Below, piece by piece: positions 1-11,601 of a DNA stretch of 64,000 bases. Both the position numbers and the translations under genes were made by a program. Under the pieces are notes generated by a model, which saw only the letters and a list, made by a program, of their open reading frames with translations, was not told where the DNA came from and ran no database searches. Each line of letters opens with the position of its first letter. Position 1 is the first letter of the stretch. Origin of the DNA: Mustelus asterias (lineage: Eukaryota); assembly GCF_964213995.1 (NCBI RefSeq), contig NC_135804.1:59892001-59956000 (forward strand), written 5' to 3'.

Positions 1-987
1 ACAGGAAGTTAAAATGCAAGTCCATAATTGCAGGAAACAATGCTCGCCCTTTTGCAACAGGTTTCCTACTATTATAAGTGTCCTTCTGACACAAATCTGC
101 CATCCCTGGAGGACTGTGTGCAATTTCGATCTTCCCATCTACGCTTAGCTTAGATGGGCTGGAATGGAGTTCATGAACTGATTCCTGTGATGAGGGTGTG
201 GTCCTATGAGAGAGAAAATAATAGACGAGGCCTACATTCTACATAAATGAGAACAGTAAGTGGATTGCATATTGAAATTTACAAGTTATTAAGGAGATAC
301 TCAGGGTAGGTACTTGAAAGATGCTTCCCGTTACTGCGGAATGCAAAACTAAGAGTTACAGACTCAGGATAAATGACCAGTCATTTAGGGCTGAGTTGAC
401 AGGAAGTATCGTTACTCCAAGGTTGCGTTCATTTATGCTTCAAGAATAGGGGAACCATTTCCTGTACAAGCGCAGTATCAGTCTAAGTGTGAGCTGTTAC
501 ACTAAATAAACAAGTTTGCTTGCCACAGGCTAAAAACACTGTGCAGTTCTTAATAAAGAGCAAGTTCTTGAATCCATTTTAATGTATCAACTATTGACGC
601 TGGGCAACATGCTTTTGGCGAGTCAGTGAATGATGAATGTATAGAATCAGGCTATTTCAGTAAACGAATTTCCCAACTCCTTTGATCTCAGAGGCTGCGA
701 ATAATTGTTTGCAATATTTTTTGTTAAACACCAAGAAATATTTTCTGAACCATGTACTTAAGAAGAAACTTCTTACCCCATGCATCTGTCAGAACAATGT
801 GTCTGGGATTAAGGGAATTTATTCCCTCAGAGCACTGCGAATCTTTGCAACATTCTACCCCCGAGAGCAGTGGAGGCTAAATCATTGAATTACTGAATTG
901 GACAAATTTCGAACTGTCGGGGAGACAACGGTCGTGAAACAATGTCAGGAAAGTTGAGTTGAGGTCAAGGTCCATGATCTTATTGCA

Positions 988-1126
988 TGATGTGGAGATG
1001 CCGGCGTTGGACTGGGGTAAACACAGTAAGGAGTCTTACAACACCAGGTTAAAGTCCAACAGGTTTATTTGGTAGCAAACGCCACTAGCTTTCGGAGCGC
1101 TGCTCCTTCGTCAGGTGAGTGGGAGA
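988..1126 (-). mobile_element. Penelope-like element terminal fragment
   Basis: Reverse complement of the 3' end of the element at 28830-28969; duplicated at ~55995-56133. Confidence 0.8.
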
Positions 1127-1655
1127 TCTCCTACTCTTGTGTCGTTTGCTTTGCGGCACCTCAATATCGGACCTTCATTGTAGATGCCTCAGTGGAACGC
1201 ACCGGCTTAAACTATTTCATATCAAATTTGGAATAACTGTTGAAAAATGAAGGAAGAATTTTACTATTTAGCCCAACTTGTGGAAAACTTTGTACAAATT
1301 CTGACACAATCAACTAATTAAAGCTGCCATATGTCACTTACATATTGAACTGGATTCAATGGTGAGAAAGATCTCAGATCTTCACTTTATCTTTGGTGCA
1401 AGGAATGAATTCTAAGTGGCTTTACAATTTGCAAGTGCATCTGCAAAGTGAACAAAAACAACTGGACATTAGAAAATAAGCTCTTGGTAAAATTGCAAAT
1501 TACAACGAAATGTTTCAACGATGCAGATTTATAGAGCAATGTGCGGGCTGGAAATTCATTACTGAAAACCAAATAGCATAATATTTCACTGCTTTTATTA
1601 GACCAGGATTTCTGTTATTTTGATTTGAATGTTGCAATATTAGGAAGAGAACTTG

Positions 1656-2304
1656 ACTTTTGATTTGATTTGATTTATTATTGTCACATGTATTAGTATA
1701 CAGTATAAAGTGTTACTACTTGCGCGTTATATAGACAAAACATATCGTACATATCGATGGAATGTGCAGAATATAGTGTTACAGTCAGAGCTAGAGTGTA
1801 AAGAAAGATCAAATCAATGCGAGGTAAGTCCATTCAAAAGTCTGATGCCAGCAGGGAAGAAGCTGCTTTTGAATCGGTTGGTACCCGATTTCAGACTTTT
1901 GTATCTTTTCCAGATGGAAGATGGTGGAAGACAGTCTGTCCGGGGTGCGTGGGGTCCTTGATTATGCCGGCTGCTTTTCCGAGGCAGCGGGAAGTGTTGA
2001 GAGAAGAAGGTCAGAGGTCAAGAATCCTGCAGCGAATAACTCGCCTCCTGACAATCCAAAGCATGTTCATCATCACAAGGTACAAGTCAGGAGTGTGTTG
2101 CGATAATCGCCCCTTGCCTAACGTGTGCATCATGTCAGTGGATCGAAGGCTGGTTTGAGTAATGGACTGGACTTCATTCACGACACTTTGTAGTTTGTTA
2201 TGGTCTTGGACAGAGCAGGGGCCATACCAAGCTGTGACACAACCAAAAAGAATGCTTTCTAAGGCGCTTCTGTAGAAGTTGGTGAGAGTTGTAGCGGACA
2301 TGCC
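1656..2304 (-). mobile_element. Rex1/Babar-type LINE 3' fragment
   Basis: LTNFYRSALESILFGCVTAWYG peptide, (TTTGA)n tail, flanking AACTTG target duplication (1650-1655 / 2305-2310). Contains a small fragment of another LINE at ~2000-2130. Confidence 0.85.
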
Positions 2305-2901
2305 AACTTGTAAAATAAACTGTTGCATGTATCTCATTGAGCCTGTTTCAGTTAAAAGCGCAATGTTTTCCAATGTGACTAAAACGACTGCGCTGCGGAA
2401 ATTAAATATTAAATAATGTTTACGGTCCTTTCTGCTTACATTTCTTGTCAGGAAGATTCGGCTGCTTTAGAATAAGTGTTAATATTAAGTAATTCGGTAA
2501 CATTCATTGCCAAAGTATGCCGTGTACCATAAACCATGACCTCGCCATGGATAAATGTGCCATACGTCAAGTGATATTAGTCACAAAAACAGTGGCACCC
2601 AGTGGTCTGCTTTGGTACGAGGAAGCATCTTCGGAAGAGTAAACGTACTCATGGTCTCGCCGCTCCGATTGTGCAATAGACAAGGCGCAAACCTATTGTT
2701 TTCTGAACAAAGAATCGCCTTAATTGCAGTTGGGTATCGTTTTCATTGCCAGACTCACAGTAACTACATTGCACTGTTAATACAAGCCTACTTGTGAAAC
2801 GAATAAATAAATTTTAAAAACTCAATCCAACAATTGCTATACGGCATCGCATGAGGGAAATCTGATGAACTGAAATCAATTTAAAACTTAAAATGCCATT
2901 G

Positions 2902-4720
2902 GAATCCTAAGGCATTTTATACATATGTTAGGAACAAGAGGGTTGCTCGGAAAAGAATCGGACCTCTCAGGGACAAAGGAGGGGAATTATGCTTAGAACC
3001 AAAGGAAGTAAGAGAGATCCTAAACGAATACTTTGCATCAGTATTCACAAAGGAGAGGGACATGTTGACTGGTAGTGTCTCAGAGAGATGTGTGGACCCG
3101 TTAGAAAGAAGCTCAATTACAAGGGAGGAAGTGTTAGGTTTTTTAGGAAACATTAAGACAGACAAATCCCCAGGGCCAGATGGCATCTATCCTGGACTCC
3201 TCAGGGAGGCAAGAGATGAAATTGCTGGGCCTCTAACAGAAATCTTTGTTTCTTCACTGGACACAGGTGAGTTCCCAGAGGATTGGAGGATAGCAAATGT
3301 GGTCCCGTTATATAAGGAGTGTAGCAAGGATAACCCGGGTAATTATAGGCCGGTGAGATTGATGTCCATGGTAGGGAAAGTGTTGGAGAAGATTCTTAGA
3401 GATGGGATATATGCGCATTTAGAACTGAATAATCTAATTAGCGATAGACAGCATGGTTTTGTACGAGGGAGGTCATGCCTCACAAATTTGGTTGAGTTTT
3501 TTGAGGAGGTGCCAAAACCGATTGACAACTGAAGGGCCGTGGATGTCATCTTTATGGATTTTAGTAAAGCATTTGACAAGGTCCCTCATGGCAGGCTGGT
3601 GCAAGATATTAAATCTCACGGGATGAAAAGTGAGCGAGCGAGATGGGTGGAGAACTGGCTTAGCCATAGAAGACAGAGGGTAACAGTGGAGGGGTCTTTT
3701 TCCTGTTGGAGGTCTGTGACTAGTGGTGTTCGACAGGGCTCTGTACTGGGACCTCTGCTGTTTGTGATATATATAAATGATTTGGAGGAAGATGTAGCTG
3801 GTATCATCAGTAAGTTTGCGGACGACACAAAGATTGCTGGAATTGCAGATAGTGATGAACATTGTCAGAGAATACAGCAGGATATAGATAGGCTGGAACA
3901 TTGGGCGGAGAAATGGCAGATGGAATTTAATCCAGATAAATGCAAAGTGATGCATTTCGGTAGATCTAATGTAAGGGGGAGCTATACAATAAATGGCAGA
4001 ACCATCAGGAGTATAGACACAATGAGGGACCTGGGTGTACAAGTCCACAGATCCTTAAAGGTGGCAGCACAGGTGGAGAGGGTGGTCAAGAAGGTATATG
4101 GTATGCTTGCCTTTATTGGATGGGGCATAGAATGTAAAAGTTGGAATATGATGTTGCAGCTGTACAGAACGTTGGTTAGGCCACATTTGGAATACTGCGT
4201 CCAGTTCTGGTCGCCACACTACCAGAAGGACGTGGAGGCTTTGGAGAGAGTACAGAAAAGGTTTACCAGGATGTTGCCTGGTATGGAGGGTCTTAGCTAT
4301 GAGGAGAGATGGGGTAAACTGGGTTTGTTCTCCCTGGAAAGATGGAGGATGAGGGGCGACCTAATAGAGGTGTATAAAGTTCTGAAAGGCATTGATAGGG
4401 TGAACAGTGGGAAGCTTTTTCCCAGGTCAGAGGTGACGAACACGAGGGGTCACGGGTTCAAGGTGAGGGGGGCAAGGTTCAACACAAATGTCAGGGGGAC
4501 GTATTTTACACAGAGGGTGGAGGGGGCCTGGGATGCACTGCCAAGCAAGGTGATTGGGGCGGACACGCTGGGATCGTTTAAGACTTATCTAGACAGCCAC
4601 ATGAGCAGAATGGGAATTGAGGGATACAAACGAATGGTCGAGTTGGGCACATGAGCGCGCAGTGTTGGAGGGCCGAAGGGCCTGTTCCTGTGCTGTATTG
4701 TTCTTTGTTCTTTGTTCTTT
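2902..4720 (+). mobile_element. CR1/HER1-type LINE, 5'-truncated (reverse transcriptase)
   Basis: KSPGPDGI, NYRPV, DFSKAFDKVPH, QGSVLGP and KFADDTK motifs; (TTTGTTC)n tail. Confidence 0.95.
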
Positions 4721-4974
4721 CAAGAAACACTATTTACGAACAAATTACTTTGTGGATGTGACAAATGTGAAAACTGGCGTAAACTCACCCATGACGCTTT
4801 GGGTTGCAGTAAAAATCCACTGTTGTTGTCGTCGACGCACTGGAATGAGGAATGGGGAGATGATCAGGATTGTTAATCGGAATTGTTATTCCAGTAATGT
4901 CGCGATACGTTGATTGAGGTCTCGATCACACTCGGCCCTAAGTACTCAGGACTAAAGGTTTGCACGTTTTGTGC

Positions 4975-5349
4975 TCCGACCGGAAGTAGAATGCCTTTGA
5001 TGAAGTGCGGCAGGGCCGCCTGCGGCCTGCATCGTTATTTTCAGGATTGAATAAAGGGTCGATGGACTTGAGGTGACAAAGAAAATCATTGGAACGAAGT
5101 TTCCAGAAAGTGGCTGAAAAACATTACTCTTCAAGAGGCAGCTTTTCGGCTGGCATTAAGGTCAGCTTCTACTTTGCAGACACACACAGAGAAATGTAAA
5201 CGCATCCAATACGCTGTTTTAGTCATGTGATCTCTCATGTCGTGGTCACATGTTTCATATAGTTAACCATAAAATCTATTTCTTACGCAAACTATTGTGG
5301 ATACCATTCTCATTTGCAGCAAATAGACAAGTAACGCATTATTTGCAAA
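4975..5349 (+). promoter_or_regulatory. Putative proximal promoter of the IgSF gene
   Basis: Unique DNA directly 5' of the leader, with an ETS-like CCGGAAGT (4980-4987) and E-boxes CATGTG (5224) and CACATG (5247). Position-based inference; the motifs are short. Confidence 0.3.
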
Positions 5350-5404
5350 ATGTCGATACAAGTTACAGTTCACTACATGGCTCTTCTGGGCGCGTTTTGG
5401 TCAG
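5350..5404 (+). CDS. Leader (signal peptide) exon of VJ-C1 IgSF gene, copy 1
   Basis: ATG at 5350 gives MSIQVTVHYMALLGAFWS plus 1 nt, then CAG|GTACAT donor. Phase 1 matches the V exon acceptor after a 188-nt intron. Conserved in copy 2. Not in the ORF track because it is in a different frame. Confidence 0.72.
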
Positions 5405-5592
5405 GTACATCCCGTTATTAGATGCAGCCGGTTTCACAATAGCAAATACTAATTTAAAAGACTCTGGAGCTGTTACCCACTGTACAATTAGATACTGTGC
5501 TTCTCTAATTCGATTGCTTGTTTTTATAATTTACTTCTCTCAGTTGTTTTTCTTTATCTGTTACATCACCGCCTTTGTTACTTTCCTGACAG

Positions 5593-5898
5593 CCGCCGGA
5601 GTAACTTGGAACAAAGTGGTTCAGGTCCCTAAATACTTGAAGGTGAGCAGAGGAGCGAATGCTTCCATGTTCTGCACATTTCCGATCTTTCAAGATGCGC
5701 CCGATGTTCGTTGGTGGAGACGCGGAGAGCAATCCTTTCTCCAACCAGACAGCAGAAAGCGATTTGATGCGAACAAGGGAAGCAGTTCGCTTGAATTCCT
5801 GAATGTGACTTTTGCAGATTCCGGAGTGTATTATTGTAAAGTAAACTATCCGAAAAAATCTAATGAAACTGGAACTGGCACCCAGCTTACTGTGTACG
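5593..5898 (+). CDS. Germline-joined VJ-type Ig V-domain exon, copy 1
   Basis: Acceptor ctttcctgacAG, 306 nt, phase 1/1, donor G|GTAGGA. Encodes (A)AGVTWNKVVQVPKYLKVSRGANASMFCTFPIFQDAPDVRWWRRGEQSFLQPDSRKRFDANKGSSSLEFLNVTFADSGVYYCKVNYPKKSNETGTGTQLTVY, with B-strand Cys, C-strand Trp, DSGVYYC and a GxGTxLTV J-like motif. Confidence 0.93.
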
Positions 5899-6057
5899 GT
5901 AGGAGTTATTGTAAACGGGAGGATTTCAGCTCAGCGCCATATATGCAATTTGATCCTTTTTATCACTGGAGGAAGAGCAATAACGAATTCCAATTACAGA
6001 ACACTGGGTTGTCCTCCATTGACCTCGATGCACAGTGGACATATTAGTTCGAATAAA

Positions 6058-6505
6058 AGCAAATGATTGCGGATACTGGAATCTGAAGCAAAAACAGAAA
6101 GTGCTGGAGAATCTCAGCAGGCCTGATAGCCTCTGTAGATAGAGAACAGAACTAAAGTTTTAAATCCGGATGACCTGCTCTGACGAACGGTCGTCAATTC
6201 TCGAAACGTTAGCTCTGTTCTCCCTCCACAGATGAAGACAGAGCTGTTGAGATTTTCCAACAGTTTCTGTTTTTGTTATTTTAGATTCGAAATCATGCAA
6301 TGGAAAAATGCGAAATAAAAAGACAACGTTTTGGAAAAAGTCAGCAGGCCAAGGAGCTTATGTGGAGAGAAAAAACGCTTTCATTGTCGATTATGAAAAT
6401 CGACCTGAAACGTTAGCACGGTTTCTCTACACAGATGTTCCCTTACCTGCCGAACATTCTCCGTATTTTCAGTTTGAATTTGAGATTTCCTGGCTCTGCA
6501 GTATT
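6058..6505. repeat. Two adjacent ~200-bp palindromic (inverted-repeat) non-autonomous elements
   Basis: 6080-6160 is the imperfect reverse complement of 6205-6288; similar arrangement at 6305-6505; short relative at 8080-8165; duplicated at ~62609-63057. Confidence 0.7.
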
Positions 6506-8913
6506 TTGTGTTGATGGTTGAATGGGATTTCAGTGTCTGGTTCCTTCATGTCACAATGACGGTGCCACAACTCAACAATGGAATCAACTTTAACACCTCA
6601 CAAGACAAACCTTTTACAAATTTTGAAGATCAGTTTATTAATCTGAACAAGGAAGGAATATTCCCTGCGTGCTCGGTAACACCCGCAGTTGGAATTGCGA
6701 AGAGTAACAAATCAAAACGAGTCCAAAATGGAGGTGATTGCAAAGAGAAAGAAGTTTTCGGTGAAAGTCAGCCCAGTCATTCACGGTATATCATTTTGTT
6801 GCAGATTGCCGTTTCCAAATCGTCTCTGTGCCGAGTTCGTTGAGCTCAATCAGGAGGCGAAAATCAATTGGGATTCTTACTCCTCACTGCTCCCGTTTTA
6901 AGTTGAACAATTTGGTCATATTTACAAGGAACTAGACTGTAGCTAAATTCCACCCAAAGGTCAGACGCGTTGCGTAATTTTGCCAGTCACCTTAAATCGG
7001 TCTTCTGGTTATCGACTCTTGTGTCACTGAGAACACTTTCTCCTTATTGACTTTATGAAAACTGATCAGAACTTTCAAAGTCGCTATCCAGCCTCCTCTA
7101 AACATTATCACGTCTAAATAGAACAACCGTAGCTTATTCAGTCTCTGCATCTAATCCAAGTCCTTTCACCCTGGTAAAGATCCAACATTCTCAGTGCCTT
7201 CATAATAAACTCAGGTGAAAACTCCCCAACCACAGCGACGAATTTTCCTCAAACCAGATCCCTTTTTCCTCTAACTGCTCGAAATTGCCGATGTCACACT
7301 TTCTATACCGAAATTTGTGATGGACAGAGTTTTGCTTTGTTTCAGTGTCAACCCTATGTCCGCAATTTATACTTGGTACATGGGTCCAATTATATGTTTC
7401 ACATTCCAAACTTTTCACAAACCGGATTCTGCAACACAGTGAAAGGAAGGATCTTGCCCTCAATGCTGGATTCCACTCCGGGTTTAGACTTTGCAGGACA
7501 GTAAAGGTGCCCGATGCTTTTGTTTGAACCTCTTGGGTACGCCACCTGAATTTCCTATGGTATTGTCATGACTGATAAAGCGGAGGCGGGATATCACCGA
7601 ATATTCATAGAAACATCTGGGATCCCTTTTGGTAATTCATGATTCCCATGTACACTTCCCATGCCCCGACGAAAGTTGTGGTAGGAGATCGAGAGAACAC
7701 TAGCTTCTTTCTACCCAGCAGGTTAAAACAAGCCCATGTGAAAAGAATTGAGGAATTCTGAGGCTTTGCTGGAATAACAGCCAACGTAATATTTAATGTT
7801 AATAATGCCTGTAAATTACTAATTTTCTACTACTACAATGTCGCAAAAGTAGACTCATAAGTAAAATATATTAAATAGATTGATTATAATAAATAAATCT
7901 ATGTAAACCTAACAAGGAACTTTACAAGGTGATTGTGGATAGAGTGGGCAGACTGATAGAGCGTTTCGCATCAGAAAATGGTAAATTTGGACTGCTCGAA
8001 GGAAGATCTTCTCCAGACAAAATGCGGTCAGCTGACCGAATGACGCTACAGAAGAGCAAACGCCTGGAATTAACGGCTCAAAAAGCAAAATACTGCGGAT
8101 GCTGGAAATCTGAAATGAAAACTTAGTCAGACCTGATGTGTTTACCCAGCATTTTTTGTTTTGATCCCTGGAATTAACCGCTGGGTTATTTTTCCTATTC
8201 GGTTTCAGTCATCCGTATGGGTATTATGATCTATATAGATACATATAATTATCAAAATAAAATCTTTCCTGGTTTACAAAATACTCTAACCTTCATTCCC
8301 TCCTCGAGAAAGATCCTTTAATGAATGATGCAAGATTTGAAACCTTCAGCGTAGACACTGAAATGTTATATAATCAACAGTATCTTGTCTGAAGTCGATT
8401 TAGACATCGGAGATATTTTGATTTCACACACATTTTGATTTTACACATTAAACGAAAAAATCTGTTTTGAAACTAACTAAATATTCGAAGCGGGCCATTT
8501 TTTCAAATCCTCACACTTTAGTACGTCAATGATTCTTGCAGAAAAAAAACGTTAGTAGAACCTAATGTTCGTGCAGACTGGTTGGTGCTCCCTTTCTGAT
8601 ATATTCAGGCCGAAATCTCACTCGAGGTCACTGCTGCCACACACAATTCCGCGCCAGGATCTGCTGCTTTATTTCCGAACTGTGATACTTCGCTGGTTGT
8701 TATCAATTCTGGGAGATTGGTCATCATTGTGTATCGCTTGCTGAACATCCGGCATTTTTGCTGAGCATCGGATAACATTGTATGCAATAAATGCACGTCA
8801 GACGTTTCAAAAGCACGATAACTGTTATCACAGTACGAGTGTAAGAGCGTATTGAGGTTAAGCCACTGAGAATATTCTCCTTTTAATTCAATTATTTTTC
8901 ACCCTGTTAAAAG

Positions 8914-9210
8914 TTCCCCCAACACCACTGAAAATCGTTCCGATTGAAGAGAATTCAGCGACTTCTCGAAGGTTCGAGTGCAAAACGGCTGCATTTTACC
9001 CGGAGGATTTAAAAATCTCCTGGCAAAGAGATGGTGTGGAAATTCTGGCCGGAATAGAAACTGTGAGAAACGAGACAGTGGATGGTCTTTTTGAGGTCTC
9101 CAGTTCTTTGGAAGAAGCGCAGCCTCGCCAGAACGGAGCCGTTTATACATGCCTGGCATCTCATATCTCCCTTAAGGTGCCCGCCAGTGTCAGCTACACC
9201 GTCATGCAAG
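8914..9210 (+). CDS. Ig C1-set domain exon of the same gene
   Basis: Acceptor tttttcaccctgttaaaAG, 297 nt, phase 1/1, donor G|GTAAGG. Encodes VPPTPLKIVPIEENSATSRRFECKTAAFYPEDLKISWQRDGVEILAGIETVRNETVDGLFEVSSSLEEAQPRQNGAVYTCLASHISLKVPASVSYTVMQ, with C1 hallmarks C-x4-FYP-x6-W, DG-x-F...SSL and YTC-x3-H. Confidence 0.92.
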
Positions 9211-11556
9211 GTAAGGTTGGAAACATTTACTGCAGCGAGTGGGGGGAAATGCTCCAAACTGTAGTTATTTATTAGATAGGAAGGGGCAATTGTTTAAACT
9301 TGAATATACGGGGTGAATGTGGACTTAATCGCGATGTCACATCAATGAAAATGAATTAAAATAATCAAGATGGTCGTTGGAGAAGGGAGAATATGTCCCT
9401 GAAAAGATCTGAAACGGGAAGTTGATGTGCGAACAGTTCGAAAGTGAAAGCTTATTTCTCACCAAATTCTTGCCAAATGAACTGAACTTACAAATGGATC
9501 GGCTTTAGTATAGTCATTTTTAATTGGGACAGTTCCTGTGTGCAACTTTAGCCAACATCGTTTGAGGGCATTTCCTCCACAATCCAGATACTTTTGACCA
9601 TTATTAACCTATTTCTCTTTTATCCAAGCATTAAACTTCGGAAACACCTTCTTTCACCTGGTTTTACTTCATTTGCTGAATTCCCTCGTTCTTTAATTTT
9701 TTGGAAATGCTGAAGCACGAAGAATTGTTTCTAATACTCCTCGAGTGACAATTTCGGTTTTGGACCCTTTACTCCAATAAACAATTGTTCATTACACTGT
9801 GGGTGGAAACTTTATAAATAAGGGAATAACAGTGCAAGCACAGAGCATTTGGTACATGGTGCCTGTATTGGTGACAGCGTGTCTGCCATGCCAGGAGCCG
9901 ACCCAACCTACCAGGGCGAATATCAGAAAACCTAAACTATGTGTCGTCCTGATTAAGTTAACCGATCACAGACTGATCATCAGCGAGCTACATTTTCATC
10001 GATGAGGACGGTGTTGGGTGCCCAACTTGCAGTGTCCCACGTTATGATTATAGAGGCGCACTTTTGTGATTTTTCTACCCAGCCAAAAATATGTTGGAAA
10101 TTAGTTTTTGCATTGTTCATTGGCATTGCTCATAAACTACCGGAGAGAACAGAGCAAACACATTCTGACTGAAAATGGACATCATTGTCCTATGAGATTT
10201 GAAGAAAAGCCAATCGCCAAAAGAATGGCGCTGGCACCGAGCAACAGGCTCTCTCGCAAAGTGGAATGTACTATGTGAACACGTTCACTTGATTCTCAGT
10301 TTGGGGATTGTATTTTGAGATTATTATCGTACGTTAATTCACGCTGGCAATTTAATATCGGGTCCCAAGTTTAGAGTAGCAATTTTATGGATCCCTTGCA
10401 TTTATAGAAGCCAGTGCTATTTGCTTCCATTCGACAATGCTGATATAAACAATTACATGTGTATATTTTAATATTGCATTGCAGAGTACAGTTTCCACAA
10501 TCTGATGATTTCACGGCATGTTCTCGGTTTTTTGATAATTCTTGGACTGCTGGGCATAATTGTGAACCTGTAACAGGTTTCAATTGAAGGTAAGAGAACG
10601 CCATCTTAATTCCGTAAACCACGTTGAAAGTATATACAGAGATAACATTGGTGGGTTCGAAAGGGGCAAGACAAGTAATAAATTCCGAACGTCAATTTTT
10701 AGTTTTGGCTTAGTTTTAGCTGCTTTTATTCAAAAAGGGTTTGGTTTCAACCTCTCACTTGAGAAAAATGAGCACAAAATATTTCAGAGCAGCACTACTG
10801 GAAGTTTGGTCTTCTTTCAATCGTTTAAATAGGGTATCCTCTGCTCTGTCCGGTCGCCCCAATGACCTCATGGGGCATTTTCGTAACTGGGTATCGTAGT
10901 GCTCGCTGATCTCCTGAGCAGTATTTAGCCTTTAATCTTCTTCACTGAAACCGACGCCCGGAATAACGACCTGGAGAAGAATGTAATGTTGATTTCCATC
11001 CAGCTCGCTCTGAAAACACAGGTAGTTTCATCTTTTCCAGAGGACATCCAAACAAACATCTTCTAATGTGTTTGTCTCCGTGCGATGCCCAAGCGTTGCA
11101 TACGTCTTTATTAAGAGTCAAAGGGTAATTATTTACGTATGCAAGCTATGGCTGGATACCAAAGCCTTTTGGCTAACATTAAGGCGATGCATCAAGCCCA
11201 TGATGGGTGTAATGCCTTATCTTGTCAGTTTGGACTTTCGTTGTCTCTCTTGTGGGAACCATGAATTGGAAACAATTGAAATTTGAGTTTCGTTTTTGGA
11301 GCAAGAAAAGAATGAATTCTGGTTTTCCGGGTCCACTCTGCGCATTGGTTTTCTAACTTTGTGGAGTAAAAAAAATTAAAAAACAAATCGCTGCATACCA
11401 AGTGAATGCAGACAGTTTGAATATGTCAACTCAGATATATAATCGAGAGCTGTATTTGTATTTAAATGTTATTCTATATCTAATGAGTGAAAATCCGTCT
11501 TAGGTAATCAGGAGTTCACATTTATCTTTTCTATAAAAGAGATGTAACACATAATT

Positions 11557-11601
11557 ACACACAACACACACACACAGACAGACACACACACACACACACA
11601 C
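11557..11601. repeat. (CA)n microsatellite
   Basis: Direct inspection. Confidence 0.9.

Larger units (their letters stand above)
1..7442 (+). repeat. Segmental duplication, copy A (begins before the window)
   Basis: Colinear high-identity match to 54987-64000, including shared TE insertions and the leader and V exons. Confidence 0.97.

Noticed and set aside
3539-4654. 371-aa reverse transcriptase ORF as a domesticated or novel RT system
   Set aside because: Ordinary 5'-truncated CR1 copy; its duplicate at 59492-61268 is disrupted, showing no constraint.
5312-5348. Ig octamer-like ATTTGCAG / ATTTGCAA upstream of the leader
   Set aside because: Only 7/8 matches to ATTTGCAT and too close to the ATG to be a classic Ig promoter octamer.
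5250-6047. 265-aa single-exon ORF (and its twin at 61801-62598)
   Set aside because: It reads through the promoter, leader intron and downstream intron. Canonical phase-1 splice sites bound the V domain, and the hydrophobic stretch before it is the polypyrimidine tract.
6031-6069. CACAGTG heptamer 3' of the V exon as an RSS
   Set aside because: No ACAAAAACC-like nonamer at 12- or 23-bp spacing. It lies 132 nt inside the intron, and the J strand is already in the exon.
7346-7527. Possible exon between V and C1 (good acceptor at 7344-7345)
   Set aside because: The phase-1 translation has no Ig or transmembrane features and ends in a stop.
10833-11021. Degenerate transmembrane exon (WGIFV / LGIVVLADLL)
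   Set aside because: Requires a frameshift and is followed by stops; insufficient support.
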